Shown: positions 31,374 to 42,264, counted from the first letter of the stretch. The stretch is 64,000 bases of DNA from an uncultured Gemmatimonadaceae bacterium (GCA_963822945.1 CAWGJO010000020.1:800001-864000), one strand, 5' to 3'. The notes: generated by a model from the letters alone, not told the origin. A program made the numbers and translations.

Positions 31374-31722
31374 ATGGTTTTCCTGAAATGAGGGGCGGTG
31401 CTTCGTGTGACGCCGCGACAGCCGCTGTGGCCATCACGCGCGACGGCGTCAGTGAAACCGGACATTCAACGGCGGCGGTCACGTTTTGGAGTAGAGCCGC
31501 TGTAACGAGGCCGTCACCGAAGAGCGTCCCGATGTCCGTCGCCGCTGCGAGAAGTGGCGATGAATGTAGAAGCGGGGTTCACGGAAGGCGAGGTGATTTC
31601 CGAGAACGCGAATGACACGGCATGTCATTCCCTGGGGGCGCATACATTGGGCTCCAACGTTCTTCTCGGCGCCCGGCGCGCGTGTTCCGGCACCCGCGGT
31701 CGTCCCGGCAGGGCCGGAAACA

Positions 31723-31752
31723 CGACGGGCCGCCCGTGTGGGCGGCCCGTCG
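31723..31752 (-). terminator. Intrinsic terminator after TBDT copy 1
   Basis: CGACGGGCCGCCC-GTGT-GGGCGGCCCGTCG, followed by TGTTT on the minus strand. Confidence 0.75.
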
Positions 31753-31775
31753 AGATGCTCAGCTTGTAGCTGTGA

Positions 31776-34700
31776 TCAGAACGCGTACTTCACGAAGAAC
31801 TGGAGCTGGTAATTGGACGCCAGATTGTTGGGGTTCCAGGTCTTGAAGTTCGGGTCGAAGGTGTAGATGGGCTGGCCGGTGAGCAGATCCGCGCCGGTGT
31901 GGCCCCGGTAGTTCAACAAGCCCTGGGCGCCGCCGAAGGTGGTGTACTGCTGATGGCCCCAGTTGTTGTTGAGCAGGTTGAGGAAGTTGAAGACCTGCAG
32001 TTCGAGCGAAATGTTGTGGAGTTGACCGGCCCCGAAGCTCTGACGCACCGAGAGGTTCACCAGGTTGGTCCACGGCGTGGTGCAGCTGTTGCGGGCCATC
32101 ATGTGTCCACGCTGGCTCTTCAGGCACGGGTTGTCGTTGATGAACTTGTTGAACGCCTGCGCCTGCTGGGCTGCCGTCACCGTCTGGCCGTTGAACGTGG
32201 CGTCGGCGAACATCATCTGGTTGGGGTCCGTGGCGTCGGTGGGCACGTAGATCGGATCGTTGTAGGAGAATCCGTCACCGTTGATGTCGCTGCCCACGAC
32301 GTAGTCGATGGGGCTGCCCGAACCGCCCTGGTAGATCATGCTGACTGCCGTACGGCTGGGGAAGCTGTAGGTGCCGGTGGCCACGATCTTGTGCTTCTGC
32401 TCGAACAACGAGCGAGTGGCGGTGAGATCCGACTGGTTCCCGGCCCAGTCACGGCCATAGCGATACTGCGAATACGCGGTGCTGCTCGACAGGCTCTGCA
32501 CGTCACGGACGTGCGAGAAGGTGTAGAACACCGAGCCCTCGAAGTTGCGGTAGAATCGCCGCTGGACTCCCGCCGTGAGGTTGTAGGCGTAGTCGTGCGA
32601 CTGGTTGGAGACGTCGAGCACCTGGTTGCGGTCAGCGTGCTTGAGCACCGGCGAGTAGGGCTGGAGGCCGTAGAGCACGCGTCCGAATTTGTTGGTTCCC
32701 TGCGGGCCGGCCAGGGCGATGTTCTGATAGAACGGGTTGTTGATGCCGCGGGTGTACATCGCCTCGAGGGTTCCGACCCAATGGTCGGCCAGCTCGCGGT
32801 CGTAACCGAGCGTCAGCCGTGCGTTCTGGGGGAACTTGAGATTCTTGTTCAACAGATCGATCTCACCGCCGGCCTGGGCCGTGACGCCGTTGGCGCACTG
32901 CTGAGGCGGGGTGGACACGGCGGCCGAGGTGAAGGCCGGTGCCGCCGCGCCGTTGCAGGTGAGCACGCCGACGCCGATGCTGCCGGAATTCTGGAAGGCA
33001 TTGCTGAGCCAGACGTACGCCGGGCGGCCCGTGAACAGGCCGGCGCCGCCGCGAAGCTGGTTCTTCTGGTCACCCGTGACGTCCCAGTTGAAGCCGATGC
33101 GCGGGGACCACTGGATGTTGCCCGACGGCACCTCCGTGTTGTTCCGGCCGAACTCGGTGAGGATCGACTGGTTGAGGGGCGGCTTGCTGAAGAACACGGG
33201 CACGTCCATCCGGAGGCCGTAGGTCAGGGAGAGTCGGTTGGACGCGGTCCATTCGTCCTCGACGTAGGCGGCATAGTTGCCCGCGCGGAAGCGGACGGCG
33301 CCGTCGCCGGACAGTGGAACGCCGACCACGTACTGCCGGGGAATGCCCTGGTTCAGCGAGTCGAGCGTGCCGAAGGTCCAGACACCGTAAGAGGCCTGGG
33401 TGAAGAGATTGCGGACTTTGTACCACTGGCCCTGCGCGCCGAAGGTGATGCGGTGGGCGTTGAACGGAATGGTGTAGTTGTCGGTGAGCTCGATGAGATC
33501 CTGGTCGAGCTGGTTGCCCTGCGAGTATCGCTCGGCGCCATCGACGATGGGGTACCCGCCGTCGTATACCGTGACCTGGGGCGCCACCACGCCGGGGGCG
33601 CGGCGATCGCGGATGGTCTCATAGTTGACGAACAGTTCGTTGAACGAGCCGTTGTCGAACAGCGTCCGGAGCTGGGCCACGGTGGCGTTCTTGGACGACT
33701 TAAACTGGTAGCCGTTGTTGTCGAGCTTGAAGCTGGAGGACGAGCGGCTGAAGATGTCATCCTGCGCCTTGCCGTAGTTGTGGCGGAGGACGAGCTGCGA
33801 GTTGCCGGGCAGATTGAAGTCGAGCCGGGCGAAGATGTTGGTGAGCGGGTTTGCGTTGTTGACGATGCCGCCCGACCCGGTGGGCATGCCGTAAGCGCCG
33901 AGCGCCGAGTTCACGGCTGCGATGCTGGCCGCCGTGGGAGCCGGCGCGCTGCCGCCGACGTAGGGCCCTTCGGCCGGGGTCGTGCGGTGCTGCACCTCGG
34001 CGTCGATGAAGAAGAGCGCCTTGTCTTTCACGATCGGGCCGCCGAGGGTGACCCCGTACTGCGACTGATCATACTTCGTGATGTAATCCTGGCTGCGCGC
34101 CAGCGACTGATTGCGGGTCTGCCCAAACAGCGAGCCGTGCCATTCATTGGTGCCGCTCTTGGTGACGGCATTGACGAGGAGGCCGGAGAAGTTGCCCTGG
34201 CGGACATCGTAGGGCGACAGGAGCACCTGGTACTCCTTGACCGCGCCGAGTCCGATCGACTTGCCGTTGGCCTGACCGCCGGGCTGACCGGTGGAGCCGA
34301 GACCGAAGAGATCCGCCTCGGTGGAGCCATCGATCTGGATGTTGTTGTAGCGGTTGTTGGTGCCGCCGCCGGAGAGGCCGGGGCCAGTGGTGGAGACCTG
34401 CGGGGTGAGCACCACGAAGTCGGTGAAGTTCCGGTTCAGCGTGGGCAACCGGTTGAGCGCCGAGTCGGAGATGGTGGTCATGGCGCCGGTATGCGAGGGC
34501 GACATGACGGGATCCTGGTTAGCGACGACGCTCACAGCCTGGAGTTGGGTCGCCTGCGTCTCCAGTTGAAAATCGACGCGGGTTACCTGGCTGAGAACGA
34601 CGACGATATGATCGCGCGTCTGCGGCTGGAAGCCGAGGCGCCGGACGGTCACCGAATAGTTGCTGCCGACCTCGAGGCCGGGCACGGTGTAGCGGCCGTC

Positions 34701-34904
34701 GCTCTTGGAGGTCACCTGGCTGGAGAAGCCGGTGGTCCGGTTGGTGACCCGGACCTGCACGCCCTCGAGCGGCTGATGCTGATCTCCGGTAATCGCGCCG
34801 GAAATGGCACCGGTAGTCACACCCTGCGCGGCCACCGTGCTCGGCGCCGCGAGCGCGAACGCAACTGCGATGAGACCGCTGAGTGTCCAACGGGGGATTC
34901 TCAT
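31776..34904 (-). CDS. Oar-like TonB-dependent receptor with carboxypeptidase-regulatory-like N-domain, copy 1
   Basis: Signal peptide, LPTLNRNFTDF, NAVTKSGTNEWHGS, SPRIGFNWD, terminal Phe. Confidence 0.9.
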   Translation of the reverse strand: MRIPRWTLSGLIAVAFALAAPSTVAAQGVTTGAISGAITGDQHQPLEGVQVRVTNRTTGFSSQVTSKSDGRYTVPGLEVGSNYSVTVRRLGFQPQTRDHIVVVLSQVTRVDFQLETQATQLQAVSVVANQDPVMSPSHTGAMTTISDSALNRLPTLNRNFTDFVVLTPQVSTTGPGLSGGGTNNRYNNIQIDGSTEADLFGLGSTGQPGGQANGKSIGLGAVKEYQVLLSPYDVRQGNFSGLLVNAVTKSGTNEWHGSLFGQTRNQSLARSQDYITKYDQSQYGVTLGGPIVKDKALFFIDAEVQHRTTPAEGPYVGGSAPAPTAASIAAVNSALGAYGMPTGSGGIVNNANPLTNIFARLDFNLPGNSQLVLRHNYGKAQDDIFSRSSSSFKLDNNGYQFKSSKNATVAQLRTLFDNGSFNELFVNYETIRDRRAPGVVAPQVTVYDGGYPIVDGAERYSQGNQLDQDLIELTDNYTIPFNAHRITFGAQGQWYKVRNLFTQASYGVWTFGTLDSLNQGIPRQYVVGVPLSGDGAVRFRAGNYAAYVEDEWTASNRLSLTYGLRMDVPVFFSKPPLNQSILTEFGRNNTEVPSGNIQWSPRIGFNWDVTGDQKNQLRGGAGLFTGRPAYVWLSNAFQNSGSIGVGVLTCNGAAAPAFTSAAVSTPPQQCANGVTAQAGGEIDLLNKNLKFPQNARLTLGYDRELADHWVGTLEAMYTRGINNPFYQNIALAGPQGTNKFGRVLYGLQPYSPVLKHADRNQVLDVSNQSHDYAYNLTAGVQRRFYRNFEGSVFYTFSHVRDVQSLSSSTAYSQYRYGRDWAGNQSDLTATRSLFEQKHKIVATGTYSFPSRTAVSMIYQGGSGSPIDYVVGSDINGDGFSYNDPIYVPTDATDPNQMMFADATFNGQTVTAAQQAQAFNKFINDNPCLKSQRGHMMARNSCTTPWTNLVNLSVRQSFGAGQLHNISLELQVFNFLNLLNNNWGHQQYTTFGGAQGLLNYRGHTGADLLTGQPIYTFDPNFKTWNPNNLASNYQLQFFVKYAF

Positions 34905-35064
34905 GAGAGGTTCCTGTAAGTGAGGTTCAAGGCTGCCTCGGGATTCCACTCCACATGCGTACCAAACAATTGGTCCCATAATTTACGGAATGGCCATAGG
35001 GATGGCGAGCGAAGAGCGGGAGGCCATGTAACAGCCAGGCATCAATGGGAAATCGATGGTCGGG

Positions 35065-35094
35065 TTGAACTCAAAGGGAGGCAGCGATTAGACT
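35065..35094 (+). promoter_or_regulatory. Sigma70-type promoter for tRNA-Phe
   Basis: TTGAAC-N18-TAGACT. Confidence 0.5.
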
Positions 35095-35106
35095 TGTAGG
35101 CTTCCT

Positions 35107-35179
<73 letters not shown>

Positions 35180-35277
35180 CTGAGCGAATTCGAGGCTGCC
35201 CAAGCCCACCCTACCCTCGAATGACGGCCCCGGATCACTGATTCGGGGCCTCGCTGTTGGGGTGGCTTCCCAAACGG

Positions 35278-35979
35278 ATGAGTCGCGAAAGCATTGGCGC
35301 GGCGGGCCGGATCGGGATATACGTTGGGCCTCGCCCACCCCGCCTGGTGTCCGTGCGCTCACACCCCTTCCGACCGCAGAGCAACCTGGACCTGACCGCC
35401 CGGCACGCGGAGCAGGTCGCCGTCGGGCGCGTTCGGGAAGGAGACGCGCTGGCGCTGGAGCTCATCTTCCAGGTGTTCGGCGACGAGATGCTCGCACTGG
35501 CCGAACGCATCAGTGGTTCGCGCGCGGTGGGCGAGGAAGTGGTGCAGGACGTCTTTCTCGCCATCTGGCAGGCCCGATCCAGTTGGGAGGTAAGGAGTTC
35601 CCTGCGAGGTTATCTGCGACGCGCCGTGCAGAATACCGCCGTCCGCGCTCGATCGTCGCGAACGCGCGGCGGCGCCGTGGAGGCGCGGCTGCCCGACGGA
35701 ATCGAGGGGCGCGAGGGCGTGCTGTCGGATCCCCGGCCGACGCCCGCCGACCAGGCAGCCTTCGATGAGTTGGCCAGCGCCGCCGAACGGGCCGCAGCGG
35801 CGCTGACCCCGCGGGCGCGCGACGTATTCCTCATGCGGCGGGACGAGGAGTTGTCCAATCGGGAGATCGCGGACCGGCTGGGGGTGTCCGTGAAGACGGT
35901 CGAGACGCACATGCGCCGGGCGCTGCAGTTCATGCGCCGCCGCCTCGCGCGCTGGCTCGACGACGAGGGGTCCCGGTAG
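35278..35979 (+). CDS. ECF sigma factor (FecI-like); start uncertain
   Basis: EEVVQDVFLAIW, LSNREIADRLGVSVKTVETHM; adjacent to a FecR-like gene. Confidence 0.85.
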   Translation: MSRESIGAAGRIGIYVGPRPPRLVSVRSHPFRPQSNLDLTARHAEQVAVGRVREGDALALELIFQVFGDEMLALAERISGSRAVGEEVVQDVFLAIWQARSSWEVRSSLRGYLRRAVQNTAVRARSSRTRGGAVEARLPDGIEGREGVLSDPRPTPADQAAFDELASAAERAAAALTPRARDVFLMRRDEELSNREIADRLGVSVKTVETHMRRALQFMRRRLARWLDDEGSR

Positions 35980-36044
35980 GCCTGGTCGGGCCGAGCCGAA
36001 AATCGCGTTCAGGGTACCGCGGGGTTCGATGTCTCTAAAGAGGC

Positions 36045-37232
36045 ATGACGGACGACCGCCGGAAGCCCACCCCGCCCTCCCCCCCGCCACTTGCCGGATT
36101 CCCCCTGTACCAGGGGATGGAATCGTCGGTGCTTCGCCGCTACGTCCTGGGCCTGAGTCCCGAAGACGAGCGCCGGCGCGTAACGGCGTGGGCCGCGGAG
36201 AGGGCTGAACGCCGCCGGTATCTGGATGCCATGCGCGAACTACGCGCGCGGGTGCCGGAGCAAGGCGCCGAAGACCGGGCTGCGGCGTGGGCACGCATCG
36301 CGGCGCGCCTCGAGCGCCCGGCGGGACATGACAGCGTGCCGTATTCGGCGCCGTGGGACGCTGCGGCGGTTCGGGTGCGCGTGAACCGGGGCAGCCGACC
36401 GCGGATCCTGGTCGGCGCGTTCGCGCCCCGGTCGAGCCGGTGGGCGATCCCGCTGGCTGTGTGTGCCGCGCTGCTCATCGCCGCGACCGGGCTCCGGATG
36501 ATGAACCTTGCCGGCCAGCCGGAACCGGCCGATGCGGTCACGACGATGCGCCGGGTGGCGACGACGCGCGGGCAGCGCGCCGAGATCCGACTGGACGACG
36601 GCACTCAGGTAACCCTGGGGGTCGAAAGCCGGCTGGAGTTTCCGTCGGACTTCGGTACACGGGCGCGCGACGTGTACCTCAACGGCACGGCCGACTTCCA
36701 CGTGGTCCACGACACGACGAAGCCGTTCACGGTGCACACGACGAACGCCGTGACCCGGGATGTGGGGACGCGCTTCGTCGTTCGAGCGTATCCCACGGAC
36801 GGCAGCACGGAGGTGGTGGTGTCGGAGGGATCGGTAGCGCTGGGAACGCCCGGCGCAGCGGGCGGCCACGATGCCGTGCTCACGAAGGACCAGTTGGGGC
36901 TGCTCGCGGCGGGCGCGTCGACAGTGGCGGTGCGGCACGTGGATCCATCGACCTACACCGCCTGGATGGAGGGACGACTCGTGTTCCACGATGCGCCGCT
37001 CTCGGCGGTGGTGGTCGAGTTGGGCCGCTGGTATGCGACGCCGGTGAGGCTGGGCGACGCCTCGCTGGCCACGATGCCGTTCAGCGCATCGTTCGGAGCG
37101 GAGTCGTTGCGCGAAGCCGTGTCGACGCTCACGACGGTATTGCCGTTGCGAGCGGTGAGACGGGGAAACGTGGTGGTGCTGTATCGGAGAACGGGGGTGC
37201 AACCGCCAGGCGACGAGGCCGTGAAGCGGTGA
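36045..37232 (+). CDS. FecR-family anti-sigma / signal transducer
   Basis: TM helix, then LDDGTQVTL, RDVYLNG, VGTRF, AWMEGRLVF. Confidence 0.9.
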   Translation: MTDDRRKPTPPSPPPLAGFPLYQGMESSVLRRYVLGLSPEDERRRVTAWAAERAERRRYLDAMRELRARVPEQGAEDRAAAWARIAARLERPAGHDSVPYSAPWDAAAVRVRVNRGSRPRILVGAFAPRSSRWAIPLAVCAALLIAATGLRMMNLAGQPEPADAVTTMRRVATTRGQRAEIRLDDGTQVTLGVESRLEFPSDFGTRARDVYLNGTADFHVVHDTTKPFTVHTTNAVTRDVGTRFVVRAYPTDGSTEVVVSEGSVALGTPGAAGGHDAVLTKDQLGLLAAGASTVAVRHVDPSTYTAWMEGRLVFHDAPLSAVVVELGRWYATPVRLGDASLATMPFSASFGAESLREAVSTLTTVLPLRAVRRGNVVVLYRRTGVQPPGDEAVKR

Positions 37233-37272
37233 AGTGGCGAGAGGGTGAACGGGCATTCGAAAGGAGCTAGCC

Positions 37273-40200
37273 ATGCGTCACTGGATGAGAGCACTGGTAG
37301 GGCTGGCGGCACTGGTCGGGAGCACGCAGGCGGTGCTCGCCGAATCGCCGCAAAACCCCGGGGGGCCGTCGGCCGACCTCCAGGCGAGTATCCCGCGGTT
37401 TCTGACGACCACGGCCTCGGCACGCGTGCCGGTGGATATCGCGCACACGCCGATCCTGAATCGGCGCATCGCGCTGCACCTGCGGAACGTGACGCTGGCC
37501 CAGGCGCTGGAGACGATCGGCGATTCGACGGGGCTTCGGTTCGCGTACAGCCGCCTGGAAGTGCCCGTGGACCGGCGCGTGCGGCTCGACGCGGAGGACA
37601 TCACGACCGCGGCGGCGCTCACGGAGGTGCTGCTGGGCACGTCGGTGGACGTGGTGTTCACCGACCGGGGCCAGGCGATGCTGGTGAAACGTCCGCCGCC
37701 GGCTCCGGTGCCGCATGTGGCATCGGGCACGATTCGCGGCACGGTCACCGACTCGTCCACCAACGAGCCACTGCAGGGCGCCTCGATATCCTTGACGGGC
37801 ACACGCTACGGCGCGCTGGCGGGTTCGGACGGTCACTACTCGTTCACGGCGCCGCCGGGACGGTACCAGATCCGGGCGCGGTTGCTGGGCCATGTGGCGC
37901 GGATGGACAGCATCACGGTGGTGGACGGCCAGACGACCGTGCAGGACTTCTCGCTGCCGCGGGCCATCGGCACGCTGAACGCGGTGGTGGTCACGGGCAC
38001 CCGCGAGCCGAATCGGACCGCAGTGGACGCCCCGGCGCCGGTGGATGTGTTCACGGCGCAGGAGATCCGGCAGAGCGGAAGGACGGAAACCTCTCAGATC
38101 ATCGAGATGCTGGCGCCGTCGTTCAACTTCCCGCGGCCGTCGGTCACCGACGGTACCGACCACATCCGGCCGGCCACGCTCCGTGGCCTGAACTCCGACC
38201 AACTGCTGGTGCTGATCAACGGCAAGCGCCGGCACAACAGCTCGCTGGTGAACATCAACGGCAGCGTGGGGCGCGGCTCGATGGCGGTGGACCTGAACGC
38301 GATTCCGCCGTCGGCCATCGACCACATCGAAATCCTGCGCGACGGCGCGGCGGCCCAGTACGGCTCCGACGCGATCGCGGGCGTGATCAACATCATTCTG
38401 AAGTCCGACGCGCCGGGTGAGCTGTCGGTGCAGACCGGAAAGACGAACGCCGGCGACGGACAGACCGTGGTGACCGACGGGAGCTACAGTTGGGCGCTGC
38501 CGCGCGGCGGGTATCTGAACCTGAGCGGCGAGATGCGGAACCGGGACAGCACCAACCGGACCGGGCCCGACACGCGGACGCAGTACTTCGCGGGCGACCC
38601 GCGCAACAACATCGCCGTGTTGAACAATCGCATCGACAGCTGGGTGGGCGATCCGAAGATGAACGGGGGCGCCGGGTTCTACAATCTCGACATCCCGATG
38701 AACAACGACGTGCACTTCTATTCGTTCGGCGGGGTGAGCTACTCGCGCGGTCTGGCGGCCGGCTTCTTCCGGCGGGCGCTCGACAACCGGACGCTGCGGG
38801 CCTACTACCCGAACGGATTCCTGCCGCTGATCGGCAGCCACATCTGGGACTACTCCGGCGCGGCCGGGTTCAAGGGCACGCTGAGCAACTGGAACTGGGA
38901 TCTGGGCAGCGTGTTCGGCCGGAACACGTTCCGGTACGACGTGGACCACAGCGTCAACGTCTCGATGGGCACGAACAGCCCGACCACGTTCAACGCGGGC
39001 ACGATGGAGTTCGACCAGTGGACGACGACGCTCGACGTGCAGCGCTCGTTCAACATCGGCTGGGCGCAGCCGTTGAGCGTGGCCTGGGGCGGTGAAGCCC
39101 GGCGTGACCACTACGGCATCAGCGCAGGCGATCAGGCCTCGTGGATCAACGGCGGCGTCCCGGTGCTGGACGGACCGAACGCGGGCGCCGCGGCGGCCGC
39201 GGGCGCGCAGGTGTTTCCCGGATTCCGGCCGAGTGACGCGCAGAACGTGGCGCGCACGAACGTGGCCGGCTACGTGGACCTGGCAAGCAACCCGGTGAAG
39301 CAGCTGATGCTCGACGTCGCGGGCCGCGCCGAGCACTACTCCGATTTCGGCAGCACGGCCACGGGCAAGCTGGCGGTGCGGTGGGAGCCGATCACGCACT
39401 ATGCCCTGCGCGGCTCGGTGAGCAATGGATTCCGGGCGCCGTCACTGGGTCAGGAAGACTTCTCGACGACGTCGACGAACTTCATCGCCGTGAACGGCGT
39501 GGCGACGCCGTTCGACATCCGGACGTTCCCGGTGACGAGCCCCGAAGCGCAGGCGCTCGGCGCCAAGCCGCTGCGTCCCGAACTGTCCACCAACCTGGGG
39601 CTGGGCATCGCGATGCAGCCCACGCCGAACATCTCGTTCACCACGGACTACTACAAGATCGACATCCGGCACCGGATCGTGCTCTCCGGGAACTTCATCG
39701 GAACGGCGATCCAGCAGCTGCTCACCAATGCCGGGTACCCGGGCGTGCAGGGCGGCCGGTTCTTCACCAACGCCATCAACACGCGCACTGAAGGCGTGGA
39801 CGTGGTGCTGCAGGCCGGCAAGGACCTCGGGTACCGGGGCATGCTGCGGTTCACGGGCGGCTACAACCACAACTACACGCACGTGACGCACATCGACGCA
39901 ACACCGCCGCAGCTCGCGGCGTTCCAGGCGCAACTGTTCGACCGGACCCAGAAGGGACTCACCGAAGTCGCCCAGCCGCACGACAATCTGCGGCTGAACG
40001 CCGACTGGCAGTGGAAGAAGCTGGGCGTGAACCTGGGCGAGTCGTGGTACGGCTCGGTCACGAGCATCGCGTCCACGGCGTCGAACGATCAGACGTACAG
40101 CGCCAAGTGGATCACCGATCTGTCGGCCTCGTATCGTCTCTCGGAGCTGCTGTCGGTGACGGGCGGTGCGGACAACCTGTTCAACGTCTATCCGGACCGC

Positions 40201-40305
40201 ACGATTGCGGCCAACTCGAACGGAGGCATCTTCCTGTACAGCGGACTGTCGCCATTCGGGTACGACGGCGCGTTCTATTACCTCAGATTCTCGGTGGGCA
40301 TGTGA
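37273..40305 (+). CDS. TonB-dependent receptor with an N-terminal signalling (STN-like) extension
   Basis: STN-like segment (LRNVTLAQAL...GLRFAYS), VVVTGTR, LVLINGKRRH, IEILRDGAAAQYGSDAIAGVINI, GADNLFNVYP. Confidence 0.92.
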   Translation: MRHWMRALVGLAALVGSTQAVLAESPQNPGGPSADLQASIPRFLTTTASARVPVDIAHTPILNRRIALHLRNVTLAQALETIGDSTGLRFAYSRLEVPVDRRVRLDAEDITTAAALTEVLLGTSVDVVFTDRGQAMLVKRPPPAPVPHVASGTIRGTVTDSSTNEPLQGASISLTGTRYGALAGSDGHYSFTAPPGRYQIRARLLGHVARMDSITVVDGQTTVQDFSLPRAIGTLNAVVVTGTREPNRTAVDAPAPVDVFTAQEIRQSGRTETSQIIEMLAPSFNFPRPSVTDGTDHIRPATLRGLNSDQLLVLINGKRRHNSSLVNINGSVGRGSMAVDLNAIPPSAIDHIEILRDGAAAQYGSDAIAGVINIILKSDAPGELSVQTGKTNAGDGQTVVTDGSYSWALPRGGYLNLSGEMRNRDSTNRTGPDTRTQYFAGDPRNNIAVLNNRIDSWVGDPKMNGGAGFYNLDIPMNNDVHFYSFGGVSYSRGLAAGFFRRALDNRTLRAYYPNGFLPLIGSHIWDYSGAAGFKGTLSNWNWDLGSVFGRNTFRYDVDHSVNVSMGTNSPTTFNAGTMEFDQWTTTLDVQRSFNIGWAQPLSVAWGGEARRDHYGISAGDQASWINGGVPVLDGPNAGAAAAAGAQVFPGFRPSDAQNVARTNVAGYVDLASNPVKQLMLDVAGRAEHYSDFGSTATGKLAVRWEPITHYALRGSVSNGFRAPSLGQEDFSTTSTNFIAVNGVATPFDIRTFPVTSPEAQALGAKPLRPELSTNLGLGIAMQPTPNISFTTDYYKIDIRHRIVLSGNFIGTAIQQLLTNAGYPGVQGGRFFTNAINTRTEGVDVVLQAGKDLGYRGMLRFTGGYNHNYTHVTHIDATPPQLAAFQAQLFDRTQKGLTEVAQPHDNLRLNADWQWKKLGVNLGESWYGSVTSIASTASNDQTYSAKWITDLSASYRLSELLSVTGGADNLFNVYPDRTIAANSNGGIFLYSGLSPFGYDGAFYYLRFSVGM

Positions 40306-42023
40306 AGCGGACTCTTCTGGCAGTAGTGCTGGGCGCAGCCGCCGCGAGCGGCTGCGCCAAGGGGACCCCGGCGGCTACCCGGCCGGCGGGGTTCCCCGCG
40401 GATTGGACGGTGGGCCTGCACCGGCAGGCGACGAAGGCACCACACGCCATGATCGCCAGCAACAGCGATCTGGCGAGTCAGGCAGGGGTGGAGATCCTGC
40501 AGAAGGGCGGGAACGCCGTGGATGCGGCGGTCGCCACGGGGTTCGCGATGGCGGTGACGTATCCGCAGGCGGGCAACATCGGCGGCGGCGGATTCATGGT
40601 GATCCACATGGCCGACGGCCGCAACGCGGCAATGGACTACCGGGAAGTGGCGCCGCTGGCGGCCACGCGGAACATGTACCTGGACGCGCACGGCAAGCTC
40701 ACCGACAAGAGCCGGGTGGGCGCACTGTCCGTGGGCGTGCCCGGCGCGGTGGCGGGCATGGCCGCGGCGCTGAGCAGTACGGCACGATGTCGCTGCACGA
40801 CGTCATGCAGCCGGCCATCCGGCTGGCCCAGGACGGATTCACGGTGGACAGCGCGCTCGCGCGGGCGATCGCCGCGGGGGCCAAGCTGATCGGCCCATAC
40901 GAAGGGGCGTCCGGTGTTCCTGCCCGGGGGGCAGCCGGTGGCTGCGGGCACGCTGCTGAAACAGCCGCAGTTGGCGCGCACGCTGACGGCGATTGCGGAC
41001 AAGGGCCCCGACGCCTTCTACAAGGGATGGATTGCCGACAGCCTGGTGGCCGAGATGCACCGCGACCACGGCATCATCACCAAGGCCGACCTGGCCAAGT
41101 ACACGCCGGTGTGGCGCGATCCGATCAAGGGCACCTATCGGGGCGACACGATCTATTCGATGCCGCCGTCGTCGAGTGGGGGCGTCATCGAAGTCGAGAT
41201 CCTCAACATTCTCGAGACCTTCCCGACCCTGCCGGCGTTCGGCAGCACGATGTACGACCACGACGTGGCCGAGGCCTTCCGGCGGGCGTTCATCGACCGC
41301 AACACCGAGCTGGGCGATCCGGCGTTCGTGAAGAACCCGGTGGACCGGCTGACGAGCAAGGCGTACGCCCGCACGCTGCGCGACTCGATCCTGCCCGACA
41401 AGGCATCCAAGACGCCGACGTTTGCGCAGGTGGCGCACGAGGGGATGAACACCACGCACTACTCGGTGGTGGACTCGGCGGGCAACGCGGTATCCGACGA
41501 CGACGACGCTGAACAGCCTGTTCGGTTCGGGCAACTACGTGGGCGGCGCCGGGTTCTTTCTGAACAACGAGATGGACGATTTCGCGTCCGATCCGGGCAT
41601 CCCAATCAGTTCGGGTTGGTGCAGGGTGAGGCGAACGCCATCGCGCCGGGCAAGCGGATGCTGAGCGCGATGACACCGACGATCGTGGTGGACAGCACGG
41701 GCAAGGTGCTGCTGGTGGTGGGGGCGGCCGGCGGGCCGACGATCATCACCGCCACCACGCAGGTGATTCTGAACGTGATCGACCACCACATGTCGCTGGC
41801 CGATGCGATGTCGGCGCCGCGCATCCATCAGCAGGCGTGGCCGGACAAGCTGATCTACGAGAAGGGAGGGCTGATCCCGGCGGTGGCCGATTCCCTCACC
41901 GCGATGGGGTACGAGCTGTCGCCGGTGGGACATCTGGCCAACTCCAACGCGGTGATGCGCGTGGCGGGCGGCTGGGAGGGAATGGTGGAGCCGCGGTCGA
42001 CCGGCGGGGCGCGGGGCTACTGA
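40302..42023 (+). pseudogene. ggt: Gamma-glutamyltransferase lipoprotein (four single-base indels as assembled; possibly intact in vivo)
   Basis: Lipobox ASGC, GGNAVDAA, GNIGGGGF, DYRE, catalytic TTH, NNEMDDF, LSAMTP, GAAGG. Shifts near 40772, 40911, 41494 and 41596. Confidence 0.85.
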
Positions 42024-42087
42024 CGCGGTGCGCGCCGGACTGGCACAAACAAGCCGGGCCGGCATCAAGAGGGAGAACTACAATTCA

Positions 42088-42264
42088 ACGGACGAGACGG
42101 ACCAGACGGATACTGCAACTGCAACTGCAACTGCAACTGCAACTGCTAAGGGAACTGCAACTGCTAACTGCTAACGGCAACTGCTAACTGCAACTGCAAC
42201 TGCTAACCGCAACTGCTGACTGCTAAGGGCAACTGCAACTGCTAACCGCAACTGCTGACTGCAA
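42088..42264 (+). repeat. Simple-sequence array: 9-mer (ACGGAC.AG) x3, then (ACTGCA/ACTGCTA)n
   Basis: Seen directly; includes a 34-bp block duplicated at a 39-bp period (42190-42223 and 42229-42262). Confidence 0.92.

Noticed and set aside
31899..34919. Very long antisense ORFs (1006 aa here; also 37267-39399, 44329-47202, 47594-50320, 52284-54683)
   Set aside because: They are shadows of GC3-rich genes that rarely use TTA, CTA or TCA codons; no motifs are recognisable.
42112..42264. CRISPR array or a QL-repeat peptide
   Set aside because: Units are 6-7 bp with no spacers and no cas genes; the overlapping ORF begins out of frame inside ggt.
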